A program made the position numbers and the translations under genes. DNA of 64,000 nt from assembly GCA_043228905.1 (NCBI GenBank), contig JBHGNT010000020.1, positions 10,230,001 to 10,294,000 of the forward strand, given 5' to 3'. Under the pieces are notes generated by a model. It saw nothing but the letters and a program-made list of their open reading frames with translations, was not told the origin of the DNA and did no database searches. The DNA comes from Azolla caroliniana (Eukaryota; Plantae; Polypodiophyta). Positions 24,653 to 39,338 of this stretch are shown here, one piece after another (the stretch's first letter is position 1; the number at the start of each line of letters is the position of its first letter).

Positions 24653-27600
24653 TTACCCACGGATCTTCATTTTGAGTGGTTTCGCAAGGTCTTTACACAC
24701 CTTTTCGAGCATATTCAAGAAGTCCCTAACTATCATAAACAACCTTAGGGGTTGTGTCTCTCTTGCATTCCCATGGAAGTACGATGTTGCTTTCTTCACC
24801 TTATCAAGGACTTTTTCTAAATCTTCTTTTGCTTTTGCCACATCAGCTTCTGCCTGGGAACAGAAAATTTCCATGTTGGAAGAGAAAATATCTTCGGTTG
24901 TGAAAATACCTGTGGTCTGTGCTTTCACTTGAAAACTCGTTTTCAACCTATTCTCAATAGATTGCAACCCATTTGTTAGCTTCAACACAGCTTGAGTCAG
25001 TGCATCAGCATCCACTCCTGCTGCTTTCCTCACACTTTCTAGCTCTGAACATAATTCTATAACTATCTCTAATCCTTTACGCTTCACATCAGTCTCAAAT
25101 TTCTGTCCTTGTGGCCCAGATGATGATGATGATGACGATCCTTGCCCATCATTTGGTTGCAAAGCTTTAAGACCTTCAGACTTTATTATTTCTTCAGTCA
25201 CGAAATGGAGAAGAGTTGTTTTCCCATCAGCACTCTTCACGTCAGATAATTTTAGCAATGCATCTAGTTTGAATGCATCCGCTTCGCCACGGTTTGTTCC
25301 CTTATTCATACGGTTTCCTGTCTTCAAGACTGCTTCCAATAGCTTCAAGAAAAGCCGACTCTCTTTTACTTGCACACATGCAGCCTGTATTCTCACAGCA
25401 GTTGGGTTCTTAAACAGCACTAAGATACAAATTCACAAAAGTAAACATAATACACAAGACAAGGCAACCATTCTTCTTATGTTGATGTTAAAATTATTAT
25501 AATCACGATTCATCTCGTAGGCCGATTTTGGCCTCTGGTAGATGCTAGCCTCTCAACGCAAATTCCAGCCATTCCTAACACAGATCAAAAGATGCCAAGA
25601 GACTTTTACCGGTAGAGTCATCCCCGAGAGTGTGTCAACTTTGGCCTACCCAATATTTCTTGAGAGCTAATGCTCCATCTTAGTAACAAATGACACAAAC
25701 ATCTCCCCTCTACCCATCAGAACCCAAGACAAACATTCCAGAAGATAGGGCCACTAGACTATCAGGGTAGCAGACATCATCATGATTACATTGTCCAAAA
25801 TTCAAGGCATCCACAACAGGAATGATAGAGCATTCAGGAGAGACAACTCATGTAAAACCTCATCCAGAACTGCTTTTCCGAAAATCAGTCTACTCCAGTG
25901 AGCACATTTTTTCTATTACTATGACATATCATCCTATCAGGATACACAGTTTTAAATCTCATATATACTCCAACGCCCACATTGTTTCCACAATTATGAC
26001 ATATTACTTACTATCATGATCAACAGTTTTACTCAACAACTGTACTATGTTTTGTTGGCCTTGGCAGATGTTATTAAAGATCTCCCTGAGGCCATTGTTT
26101 ATTATTAACCCAGACATCTGTTTCAAATCTCACTTCCATGATTTCTTTACTAGAAGACCTTGTTGAATGATGGACACATGATCAACTGAGCCACTGGTTC
26201 AGACCTCATTCTCCCTTTTATGGCAACTATGCACTTGTGACTGATGCTAACATGTTACTGTAGTGGGCAAGAAACACTTTTTATGGCAACTATGCACATG
26301 TGACTGATGCTAACATTTTGTTGTAGGAGGTAAAATCTCAATATTATATTGGCACTTTACTGTAGAAGTTTCATATGCCAATGATACTAACACTTTATTG
26401 TAGAAGATATGCCTCATGCTTCCTTTTTGAAATAGGACAAGTTATTACTAGATGATATTGCTAATTCAGTTATAAATGAACGAGGATAAAGAATCACACC
26501 TCCAAAGTTTGTAATGTTTCTTGAACTTGAACCAAATCATCCTTGAAACAAGCCTTGTATTGCATAGCTTGCAGGCGTTGGAACGCATTTGGTATATCTA
26601 GAACCAACTTGAGAAATCTCTCTGATGGGTCCAACTCTGACTTATCGCCAGAATATTCAAGCAACGCCTTTTGTTCTTCTTGTGTTGGGGTCATCTTCAC
26701 CAAGATATCCAACAACTCTGCCTTCAGGCCATCACCTGCAAAAGATGACATCTAAATAAATGTGTCATAAAAGAAGCATAGCAAAACTTCTGAGAATCAT
26801 AGACTGAAAAAACTATATTAGAAACTCTTTATGGTATGGATTATACTTTGAATCTACAGTAGCAATTTATGAGCAGGTGTTTCTCGACAATTCTCCAAAG
26901 ATATCAAAATTGATTAAGACTCTTGGATATGGTCCCAAAAAGAATCTAGTTAAATTTGACAGAGTTTAGGGTTTCGGGTTTAGCAAACCTAGCATAAGTC
27001 CATGGGCACTAAAACATTTCACAAACAGATGATTTCATATCTTCTAGATAATTCAAACATACTTGACCCGCATCAGACTTCCTAATATGGAATACCCATT
27101 TGCAGCGGCTTAATAATACTCTCCATCCAACATCAACTATGATTTGATAATTCTATCATATATTCTGGATATTCTGGCAAAATCTACTACCTAAGATCAA
27201 TTTCTGAAGCACTTTAGTAGAAGTTAGCCATGTACCTTCAAGCAAAGCATCACAAATATCTTGCGTAGCAATATTGAGCGCCCGCAACTGGATTGCAATA
27301 TTCTGGGCTTTCTTGGGATCCAGAATTCCTCTCTTTTTCGGTGGTGCATGTGCAGATCTGTTAAACTCCTTTGCAGGATTCACATTTGTGCCAAATAGAG
27401 TTGCTATTTCGTCCTCATTCAACCTACACAGAACAGACAAGAAACAACATTTTCAACAGGGCAAGCATTATCAAGGATAAGAACCAAAGCTAAACTACAA
27501 GATACATCAGTCAAAATATTTATATACTCACACAAAAGAACCAGCCTTAAGCCTATCCCAAACCATGGATTGTGACGGGTCAGCTCGAACTTTATCCCAA

Positions 27601-29867
27601 TGCAATGGTTTTAACTTTTGTGGATTTTCTAACTCCTGCATTGTGGGTGGTTTGGGTAAAGGACGACCCTTCTGGGAAGGTGGTGGTGGTGGCAAAGAAG
27701 CATTTGACTTGGGAGGCAGAGGTGGTGGAGGGGGACCCTTTGCATTAGGAAGGGGAGGTGGTGGTGGAGGAGGACCCTTTGCGTTAGGAGGAGGAGGTGG
27801 TGGTGGTCCCTTTGTATTAGGTGGTGGTGGTGGTGGTGGAGGAGGAACCTTTGCATTAGGAGGAGGAGGCGGTGGTGTCGGAGGACCCTTTGCATTAGGA
27901 GGTGGCGGTGGTGGTGGTGGTGGTGGTGGTGGTGGACCCTTTGCATTAAGTGGCAGTGGTGGTGGTGGTGGAGGCGATGGGGCCTTTGCATTAGGAGGAA
28001 CATTTGCATTAACTGGGTTCGTTGGTGGTGGTGATTTTGCATTAATCGATGATGGTGGAGGTGGAGTATTAACATTTGACATCGGCAGTAAAGGTGTAGG
28101 TTGTAGTGTAGATAACGTGTTGGATAGTTTGTAGGCTGATGATATCAATGATGAGTCATTTATAGGTTCCTTGATAGGAGGAAGCGACATATGACCACTA
28201 TCGAATGCGACAACTACCTCCTTCACAGGCACTGTAGACTGGACATCAGAGACAAACACATGTGTGTCAGTTTGATAGCCTTGCTCTGCATACGAGGCTG
28301 CCACTAACTTCACAGGTACAGAAGATGAAACCTCTCCTACGTTAGAACTAGATAGCCCTACTTCTGAAGTTTGTTGCCCGAATGAAGCAGCTACTGACTT
28401 GACAGGTATAGAAGATGAAATCTCTTCTCCATGAGAGCTAGATGGCATTGTTTCTGAAGGTCGGCTGGAAAATGCTGCAGCATATGACTTCACTGGAATA
28501 GAAGAATGGATCTTTTGATTTTCTTCTAAGTTAGAGGTCATTACTTCTGAGGATTGATTAGAAAACGCCGCTGCATATGACTTTACAGGAACAGAGGAAT
28601 GGATTTCATTGACAATTGAAGTAGGTTTCTGATGTTGTGCTTTGAGAATATTTGCAGAAACAAGCGCAGGAGGTAGTGGAAGTGCAGGTACAAATTGTGG
28701 AATGAACTTAAATGGCACAGACTGAGTTGGGTTTAATTTCTTTGGTTCCAAGTTTTGCTGAGAGATGAATGCATCATTGATCATCTCATTCACTAGATTT
28801 GGGTTTGATTTCTGTGATGTTGCACTTTGCTCTGGCATGAATGTGTCAGTGATCATACCATTCACTACATTTGCATTGGATTTCTGCTGTGTCTGCCTTT
28901 GCTCCGGCATGAATGAGTCAATGACAGTATCATTCATGGAGCTTCGGTTTGGTTTCTTTAGTGCCTGCCTTTGCTCTGGCATGAATGAATTTGTGGTCAT
29001 ATCATTCGCCAGATTTGGGTTTGATTTCCTTGTTTCCCACATTTGTTCTGGCATGTATGTGTCAGTAATCATATCATGTGCAAGTGGGTCTCGTTTTCCT
29101 CCATGAGATATCGGAGAAGACAACATTGGTCCAAAAGCCTCTGCCAAGGATTGTGCAGCATTGATAGAAGGTGAATGTGAAAGTGGTGGTGGTTCATAAA
29201 TGTCAAGACATTGTTCTACCATTTCATGATCCACAGCTGGCAGTGGCCCAAAAGATTCAGCCAATATTTTTGCTGCATTGATAGAGTTCTGATGTGAAAA
29301 TTTACCAGGCTTTATCGATGACGATGGTTTTCCCTGTGGCATTTCGGTGGAGACCAATACATTATTCTTACCGTTAAATGGATGTTCCATCGTTGAATCC
29401 ACAACATCATTATGTACTTTTCGCCCCTCCTCAGATGGTTTGAACCCATTTAAAGGTTGGGCACCTTGAAATGGTATAGATGATGAAACTGGTGGAGTCC
29501 TCACTGCTGGCCTTTTTACATTTTCCAAAGAAGATGATAGTGGTGGAGTTTTGAAACCTGTTGGACGATCCATTCGTGTCAGTTCTACATCAGTTTCTGG
29601 TATCTTATTATGCTGTCCTTTGACTTTGTATAAAGGGTCATTCACACCTGCAAGAGAGTTAGTATTTCTCCTCTCCTTGTTCGCTGCAGCCACTGTTGCA
29701 GCATTATGCTTGAATGGTGGGCTCTCCACTTTAAAAGCCTCTTGCCATTGTAAAGATTGGCTATCTTTCGCACTTGGATTGAGCAGTTGAGAACCATGAG
29801 AAGCATGAGAAGCATTTGGATTTGGTTTCTTATTCTGATTCTTGGACTTCCTGAAAAGGAAGCACAT
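24653..29867 (-). CDS. Formin (FH1 plus class I-type FH2), ~1163 aa; exons 29867-27532, 27423-27236, 26735-26500, 25384-24653
   Basis: Polyproline FH1; [12 protein letters not shown]...[11 protein letters not shown]; [14 protein letters not shown]; [36 protein letters not shown]; [12 protein letters not shown]. Splice phases are consistent. The start codon is inferred. Confidence 0.92.
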
Positions 29868-31912
29868 ACTTGCTTCCAATTACAAACACTAACAACTTGT
29901 TCAGGTTAGTGTTTGTTATTTGATGAATTTGTTTTGGTTATGTTTCTGTTATTCGACGAGTTCAGGGTCTAACATGAAGATGGAGAATTGGTGAGTTGAT
30001 CTGTGAATGGATCGACCAAAGCATATATCCCTTGATGAGGAACAAACCGAAACATTAGCTCTGATGACTGACCAACATCATTCAGAGTTGGGCAATAACT
30101 GCATGCAATGTACTCTTGATGAGAATCTCATTTAAGCCAAGAAACAAGGAAGAATAACTGCATGCAAATGAACAGAGTAGAGGAAAATGTTTAAATTGAA
30201 GGCCGGAATGCTAATAAAGAAGCAAATAAACAAAGAGGGGAAATCGTGAAAGAGAAAGGAATAGAAAACGAGATGAGCATCAAATGTGATACTTGCAACT
30301 TAACAAACAAGATGAGAAACTGTTCGCTACAACGATTGAAAGAGGAGTTTGACCAAGAAAATATGCTACTTGTTATTTAACTGAGAAAATGACTAAAGAA
30401 GTCTGCCCAGAAGAGACGTAAACAAACAATGACCTGAAACTTTGGACAAGAACTAGGTTTTTCTGCAACTGAGCAGAGAATATGAAAATGGTGACACAAT
30501 AAACAATGAAAGAGAGTGGGTTTTTGGCAGTTGAACATAGACAAGAGAAGGTTTACGATTTCAATGGAGACGAGCAAAAAACAAACAAACAAAAAATGAA
30601 AGAAAGAAACCTTTAAGCCTCAACTATCCTGCTAGCAATTCAATTGGGAAGATGAAAAAGAAGAAGAGCAGTAAACAAACAAACAATGAAAGAAATAAAA
30701 CATTGAATTCCAGTAGACTGCTAGTAATTCACTGGACCAGATGAAAAGACAGAAGATCAATAAACAGCCACTAATGCAAGAAAGCACGACATACCCAATA
30801 ATACAATTGAAATGACGAAAAAATGTCACAATTTCAGCCAAGACGAACGAAAAACAAACACTAAAGTAAAACCTCAAGCATCAATTATGGTGATTACATG
30901 ATCAATTGAACAGAAACAATGGAAAAATGCCCTAACCATGCACGAATGAAGAGTAAAACACACAAAAACAAATAAGAGAGAGAAGAAAAGGAATAATCTA
31001 TCTGCTCTGCGAGACAATGTATTAAGTTTTCGTTTGCTGATAAGCAGGAGACCATGAGCTGGGAAAAAAGCAAAGAGAAAAGAGAAGGATGGAGATGGAG
31101 ATTACATTCCAAAGCTACAAATTGCAACTTTTCCACAGCTGGGTTCAAAACAATGAAATAGGACATCAAAACATAAATAATCCACCGTTACGGAGATGAA
31201 CACATGAGGAAAAAACGGAGACAAACGAGACCTTTAGAAATTTCATCCATTCAGAAAGGTACAAAAACATACTGTTCAATGAACATATAAAGATGGAGAT
31301 ATGCCCAAGAAGGTATATATATAAAAGGAATTATCTTTCGAGAAACAGAAAAGGAGTTGATTCAAGACGAAAAAAGAAGGATTTAAATCAGATAAGAAAA
31401 AAGAAGGATTTAAATCTTACGATAACTTCTGATCAGAAAACAGAAGGGTAAATCAATCTCAGAACACAGCCGAAGAAGTATTTGAAGCTAAAAGACTTTC
31501 TGACCAGACCCGAAGACAGAAGTGATCGGTTTTTTATCCATTCTTTTCTTCCTCCCTTCTTTACTTCTTTCCTTATTCCACTTTTTCTTTCTTTCTTAAG
31601 ACTGAGCTTTGGAGCACAAGATATGGAGATCGATCCAAGAATAGACCGAAGTATCGAGAGAAGGAATATTAGGAGGATTTGCAGCTAAAAAAGGGACTTC
31701 CGATCAGAGAAAAAAGAAGACGAAATCAATTAAGTCAAGCATTTTCGTCTGTAATCCATCCTTGCTTCCTTTTCTTTAGTTCGTGTGAGGTCTATGAATG
31801 GAAAGGATTCCTGCACAGAGATATGGGGATTAGGTCCTTACCTGTGAGAAGCAGGAGTTCCCCGCTGACGCAATTGGAGCTTCTGTGCGATCGCAGCGAT
31901 GGCTTTCTTTCT

Positions 31913-32485
<573 letters not shown>

Positions 32486-35400
32486 CTTTCCGCTCTGTTT
32501 CTGCGTTTTGCTTTTATGCTCCTTCTTTTAAAAAATTTCTATACTTCTCTGTTTTTTGTTTTCTGTTTTTTCTTTCCACCTTTCTTTTGCAATCTTCATC
32601 TTCTTTGCAAATTTTTGGATGCCTTTGTTCATTTAAATTATTTAATTTTTTGCTCATTTAAATTATTTAATTTTTTGCTCATTTACATTTGATTGATTAT
32701 TTGTTCATCTTAATTATATAAATTTTTTGTTTTGTAAGAGCGTGCTCCCACGACGCACATCTCTCTTGTTGTGTGTTCTTCTTTTCTCATGTTGTACGTG
32801 GGCACACGCGTGCACGTGTGTCTGTCTGTGTGTGTACACGTGCGTGCGTGCGTGCGTGCATCCATCGAAACGACACCAGCAGCAAGGACCTGTATTGGTC
32901 GGCGTACATGGAAAACCCTTTCAGACCTTGTCTCGATCTAATCTGGTCCATGGACCTTGCACAAACAAAGAGGCTAACTCTTTCTTTCTTGTGATCAGGC
33001 ATATGCGTAAAACGACACGAGTAGCGAGGACGCCTGTATTGCCATACGTGGAAAACCCTTTCAGACATTCTCTTGATCTAGTCAGGGACCTGTACAACAA
33101 TTGGGTAATTGTTTCTTACCTATGAGGTGGTTATGTAGATAGATAGATCTCATTTGCGAAGCTTCCATATTTCGGTTTGTACCATCCACCCATGATTGCC
33201 AATGTTGACCATTGCTCTCCTATCAACAAGTCGAGGGATAAGGTTATGGCTTCTTGAAGGGGATAACAAGTCGGAAGTTGTGGAGGAGAAAATATTCCCA
33301 AGTTAATGATGCCCAAAGTTGTGATTTATTATTACCGACCCTGCAAGTTACCTCCTCGATCATTGTGTGCAGAAAAAAAATCATGTCCTATTTAAAATGT
33401 GTTGGCTTTGTAAGGGGCATTACCAACCAAAAGCAAACGATTTTGCACCAAAATATAAGATGAGATTGACATCCTCCCATGCAATTGCTCAACATTCCCA
33501 TGTAATGTATCATGTAAGCAATACCATGCATGCCATGTAATGCTCCCAACAAGATTTAGCATACATGCACAATCAAAGGGGATGTTGGCTTATGGCTTCT
33601 CTTGTTCTTTCAAATGATATCCCTAAGATTGTATAAATAATATATAGATAGATAGATAGAATTTCATAGGCATTTTGTTTTTGGTGTTAATTCTCCTCAT
33701 AAACAAACAATAGTTGTGAAAGTCAAGAAAGCCTTGTGGGCCAAAGCACTCATTGTGATATCCTTAGTCAAAGAGAGAACCCACATTCTTTTATGGCACC
33801 ATGCATGAAAGTAAGACCAGATCTACACGGGTGAATCCATTTTGAACAAAGCATACATGGTAGACAATAAGCACCATGTACGGGAATTCCCTTTCTGAGT
33901 AACCTCTTGACAATTTAAGATAGTTTCACAAGTGTTGGCCATGGTAGTTGGAAATGTTTGCCCTTGGTATGTTAGCCATGAGTGTGAAAATTAGTTCATG
34001 TATGAAAACTTTGTAAATATTTGTTTTAATTTTTTAATGAAGTGTTGCAAATATATATAACGCTTATACCCACCATGCATCTTCTCATAGCTCTCTCTAA
34101 AAATATGAACAAATGGGAAAAAGATATGAAGGTCATCATATCGTTTATAGGGAGGGCTTACCTCCGAGCACATAAACTTGTGATATCAAATTAGGTATCT
34201 TTAACCGTGATTCATTCTTCATCTCAATAGCGTGGAGATGTATACATGTGTGATTCTTGGAAGCCCAAAAAAACTTCCACACAACAAGGATGAGATTTGA
34301 TCTTATAATTTTCAATTACAATATCAACCATTTCAATCATTATGAGACATCGTAAGTAAGACCAAAATATTGCATGCTAGATAGTTACTTATAGTTTGTT
34401 TCAATATCATGGAGGCATTATCAACAATAATAGGGTGGCTTGAGGATGCGCCAAGTGATTAATCATTATATACAACAAGAGTTGATGACAAATGAACATT
34501 TCATGTCAATCAATTAGCTCATTGCAAAGAGGGTTAAGACAAAATAGTCATGTTTGTGAGGTAATATTCACTTTTTCTATTTCATACCACCAAAAAATTA
34601 AAGAAACTAAAACATTCACCTACTTCAATTATTAGACTCCTTTGTTATGTGGAAGCATATATATGCCAAAGTTTTGAACTTCATTGTTGTTAAATTGATA
34701 GTTTTGATGGATACAATTTGCCTAGTATGATTGTTGACACAACCATCCAAAGGCAAATGCCATAATCTTTCTTAGCGAAATTAGGAATTCTTGTTTTCCT
34801 TAGCTTTCTTGTTTGCATTAGGATGCAATGATGTGAAGAGTTGAATGATTGATATAGATCTCCCTCTCTCCTCTAGTACTACAATGCTACAATTTCTAAC
34901 ATTCATTGATTTTCTTCATCGTCGTCTTATCTCTTGTTCTATCTTATCTTTATTCGTCTTTCTTTTCTCTTTTTCATTCCTAATTCCTTATGGTAACCAT
35001 GCAAAGCTCAACTTCACCTCGATTTTTACGATATGTGATGCAATATATTCCTTTAAGATGTTGACATAACTTCACACAAGTAGTGTTGCATACTCATCGA
35101 AAAGTCGAGACTTTCCAAAATTTCCCATAAACATTGTCGCACGGGAAATCTATTTATGTACTCCAAAGTTTCCCTCGTAATAAAAAAGTGCATTCATATA
35201 TGTCTATTGTGGAGTTTCAAGTAAGTTTTTCTGGATCATACAATTATGTTGGCACTCTGTCATACTAATTTATTAGTAGATTTTGTAGACGATGTTACTT
35301 TAGAAACCTAAAAAATAAAAACTGAGTGTACAGACATACCACACTACTTTGAAGGGAGAGCATTTAGAACGTAATATGCTCACTTCTAAGTAACTTCACT

Positions 35401-37124
35401 CATCATGAATCTCAAAGCCTAAACATACATTGTAAATAGACATGGTTTGTATGTTCACAAATAAGAATTTCATAATGATCCACATATCTAGAAGAATCTA
35501 GTAACTATTTTACGGACTTTGGAGTGATGAAGGTGAGTATATGTATATGAGGGAGAAATGGGTGAAAGAAATGAGGTGCACTGTTTGGTGTCATCTCATC
35601 CGCTTATCTAATATTGAACTCATTTGATCTATTTTTTAAAATAAGACCCACCACCATTGCTTTGAAAAAAAATGCCAGCCAACTTAGGACTTGGAGGAAC
35701 TGTTAGCACACCATTAGTTTATGTAGTCAAATGAGCATTTTGATTGAGAGAATGAGCTGGACGTGTGTATCGTTTGTATATAATATCCGTGAGCCTTTCA
35801 ATATATTGCAAGCTATTATATATTGTTAAAAGATGGCATATTGTTGTTGTTGTTATTGTTATTTGGTACTAACACTTTAGGTTAATGGTGGGAAACTTTG
35901 AGACGAGGTGAAAACCTAGAAAAGAATACTAATGAATGAAGTTGTGCCCAAAAGCTTCAACAATTTTTTTGAAATTTGACAATAGAAGTATCATGCAACC
36001 AACTATAGAGCGCTTGAAGAATTTGAATTCACAAAAATCAGGTTAATATAAGACCATGTGGCTACGTGATATTAGTTTAGTCCATAATCCCAAAATCTTA
36101 CCCAATTTAGAAATTGGATTTGGTGCTAGGCATGTAAATTATTCAATAGACTTTACACCTACAAACATAGTAGTAGGATTCACACAATAATCTTATTAAT
36201 GTATGCCATTTATTGAAGAAGAAGAAGCTACGAAATCACAATTGTTGTTTCTTTCACGACAACCAATGTAGGTAAAAGGTCACTGAAGAAGAAAGTAAAA
36301 ACCATTTCTTGATTACAAAATCTTAACTACCCTAAACAAATTATTTGTAGATATCATGACAAATAATCCCCTTGTATTAGGTTGTGACATCATAAGTGCT
36401 CCAATTATAGCATTAAATCATCACAATGTTTTTTTGTCAATTATCTTCTTAGTTTAACAATTAATTGAGCATTGATATGTTATGATTCCCAACATGATAT
36501 TCATGCCAACAATAGCAACCCGCATCCAATGAGTAGTTGCTATCATAAATATCACGTTAATATGTACAATATCATTCATAATTCCAATAATTTTGATTTG
36601 TCACATTCAGCATGTACTTCACAAATGATAAATGATATTGGTAATCAATGTCGATCCTTTATGGTCCATGCTTAATATTGACAACGTATGTTATTAGATC
36701 CATGCTTAACATTGACAACTTATGTTATTAGTTCACCTCTAGTAAAATTATCTTGTATGAGGGATATGTATAAAGGCTATCTCTCAAACCTTTATAGACC
36801 TCTCAAATTTGTGAAGATTGACTCTTGGGATCAAAATTGCATCCAAAACTTGAGTAAATTTGTAATGGGTAACAAATATATACAATATTCTTTTACATGC
36901 ATCCAAAACTTCAGATAATGGCCATGGAAAGGGTTATTGAATACATGCTTAAGGTTCAAAAAAGTCCCTCACATTGACTTCCTAGTATTGCATGGGAAGC
37001 AAGCAAAAAGATCTAAAAGACGCATAAAAGCAAATTTTTGTGTTTCGGTTGAATGCAAGATATAGAAAAATAGTTTGGTAGATGGGAAGGAAGACACTTG
37101 CTTCATGATGCATCACTAGACACT

Positions 37125-37490
37125 TACTTCCAAGCATCTTAGCTCACATGCATTGCGATGTGAGACGGGGCGTTGGGGCACAAGTGATGAGAGTGGCTGG
37201 CTATGCACACTTTGCCCTAAACAAGTTCGAGAGTCTAAGTATTACACTTTGATACAATGCTCTGCTTTTGATCATATTCGACCATGCTTTTCACATCTCT
37301 TCGATCGAGCCCAATCCTTGCACGAATTTCTCTCACAACCACAATGTGCACTCTCAATTGCAACATTCATTGGTAAAGTTCTTGAACATCGAGAGTCGCT
37401 ACTCACTTTCACACGTATCACGTGAAATGTAATATTTTTGGTCTCATAGGTCATATTTGACCTCCGAAGATGATAATACAACCCTTGCTA
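37125..37490 (+). mobile_element. Non-L1 LINE 3' fragment (RTE/CR1-like C-terminus)
   Basis: SSHALRCETGRWG...LCTLCPKQVRESKYYTLIQCSAFDHIR, the C-terminal Cys/His region typical of such elements. Confidence 0.65.
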
Positions 37491-39338
37491 TCTTCACTAC
37501 TTCCTAAATAGTGATAGTGCAAGGGAACCCTCTCAAGTGTTGTAAAACTAGATGACATAAGTCCATCTCCTCTCGGGACAACGTCCCCATATAACATAGT
37601 TGTGAAAATTGCCAAATCAGCTTCCCGTTCATCCTACGGAGTTGTTGTGTTACCCCATGAAATCCATCAAACAAGAAGCCATTTCTCATGGTTCAATTAA
37701 ACCACATCCCCCAATATCTAAGGTAGTAAAAAACAAACTTATATGATGGTGTGGCTAAATAGTTCTAGTATAAAGCCATTTCATGGTAGAACATGTTGGT
37801 TATTTTACTAGAACTATTTAGCTTAAGCTCTATTTTTATTTTATTTTATTTTTACTTTCGATGAATGGGTAAATATCCTATTTTGTTGTAAAACAATTGT
37901 CTCATGGGCCAAATTTGGCCTTAGAAGACGTTAATATATCTTTCTTTCTTTCTTTCTCTTTCTCTCTCTCTCTCTCTCATTAGGAAAATCATTTTCTTAC
38001 ACATCTTGACCCCCACCCAAGTTTGTCTTCTTTTTTCTGCATAAGTCCTAGTGCAAGTGTAATTCTTCATGATAATCTCTCACTCACCTTGTTCATGCAA
38101 ATGTACTAAGTATCTACTAAGTATCCGACTTCATTAGGAAGGAGGATTATATTTGTGCCATTTCTTTTGGTTATGAAAGGGACACTATCTCTTTCGATTG
38201 CTCTTGTGGTCCCCTCATCCTTGTACTATGTGATTGCAAATAAATGGAAATTTGATCCCTCTCTCTCTAGCTATCATATTGTTCAATCAACTCCTTTCAC
38301 AATTGGCAATGTTGCTAGAAATAAAAGGGAGGAAAAGCAAAAAAATAGAAAAAAGGAAAAAAAATGAAAGCAATAATTTCGATGCTGAAATACAATTTGA
38401 AGGCTTTAACTTTACAGGTAATACAAACTAATTTGACCTTAAATTCATAAGTTATTGTTGCAACCATCAAACTAACCAATCCTATGCTTGCACATTCTCT
38501 CAAGATCCTCTTGTGTTTAATGTTCAATTAAACATTAAAGAGGGCACTCCTAACATTGGGTTGGGATGACCATATGAGGGTCAAGGTGTGACTATATTTA
38601 TACAAAGTTATCGGTAAACCCATCTAAGGCTAGATGAATTGTGTGTGTGATGGTTGTAAATTGTAATCATGTGCATAAAGACAATGGTGGGCCAACATAA
38701 CCCACAACAACTAACAATCATTAGAAAAACCCCCTCCCAACAACTTTGGTGGGGATTATAAGATGTTGGAACAAAGGAAAATGCAAAAGTCTTCATGAAA
38801 AACTAAGCTAGTAGCCAAATTTCATTTATTTGATCTTCCATAAATTTGGTTCTATGGTTGACTATATGAACAAAGAGCATGCCTAGTCGTCGTCAATGAG
38901 AGAGAACATCCATCCTTTTAGTGTCTTGATGACCATCCCACTTTGGGGAATTTATTGTTTGTATAAATTGTTTGCTTGAAAAGGTCTCCTTAGGGAATTA
39001 TGAATTATTTCAAAAACCTTTAATCTTAACATATAATTTGATTATGAAGTAGGAAAGCTTCGACTTTGGTTGAACTACTATGCTGGTTCAAGTCTCATAT
39101 TACATAATAAATCACAATGTGCAAGCACTGCCTTTCCGCACCATGTTAAGAGACTTTGGACATTCCTCAAATTCTTGAAACGATCTAGATTAAAAAAAGA
39201 TTGCATTGTCCTTTACAATGTTAATGAATAGGGAGTACATCATTACAGTTATAACGCAAATGTAACTTGATAAACACAATGAAAAATTTATCCACAGTGA
39301 TGATACTTAACGTTCTCTCTCTCTCAATACTTTCTCTC

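Noticed and set aside
27565-28134. Gly-rich and His-rich ORFs
   Set aside because: Antisense and alternative-frame shadows of the formin polyproline FH1.
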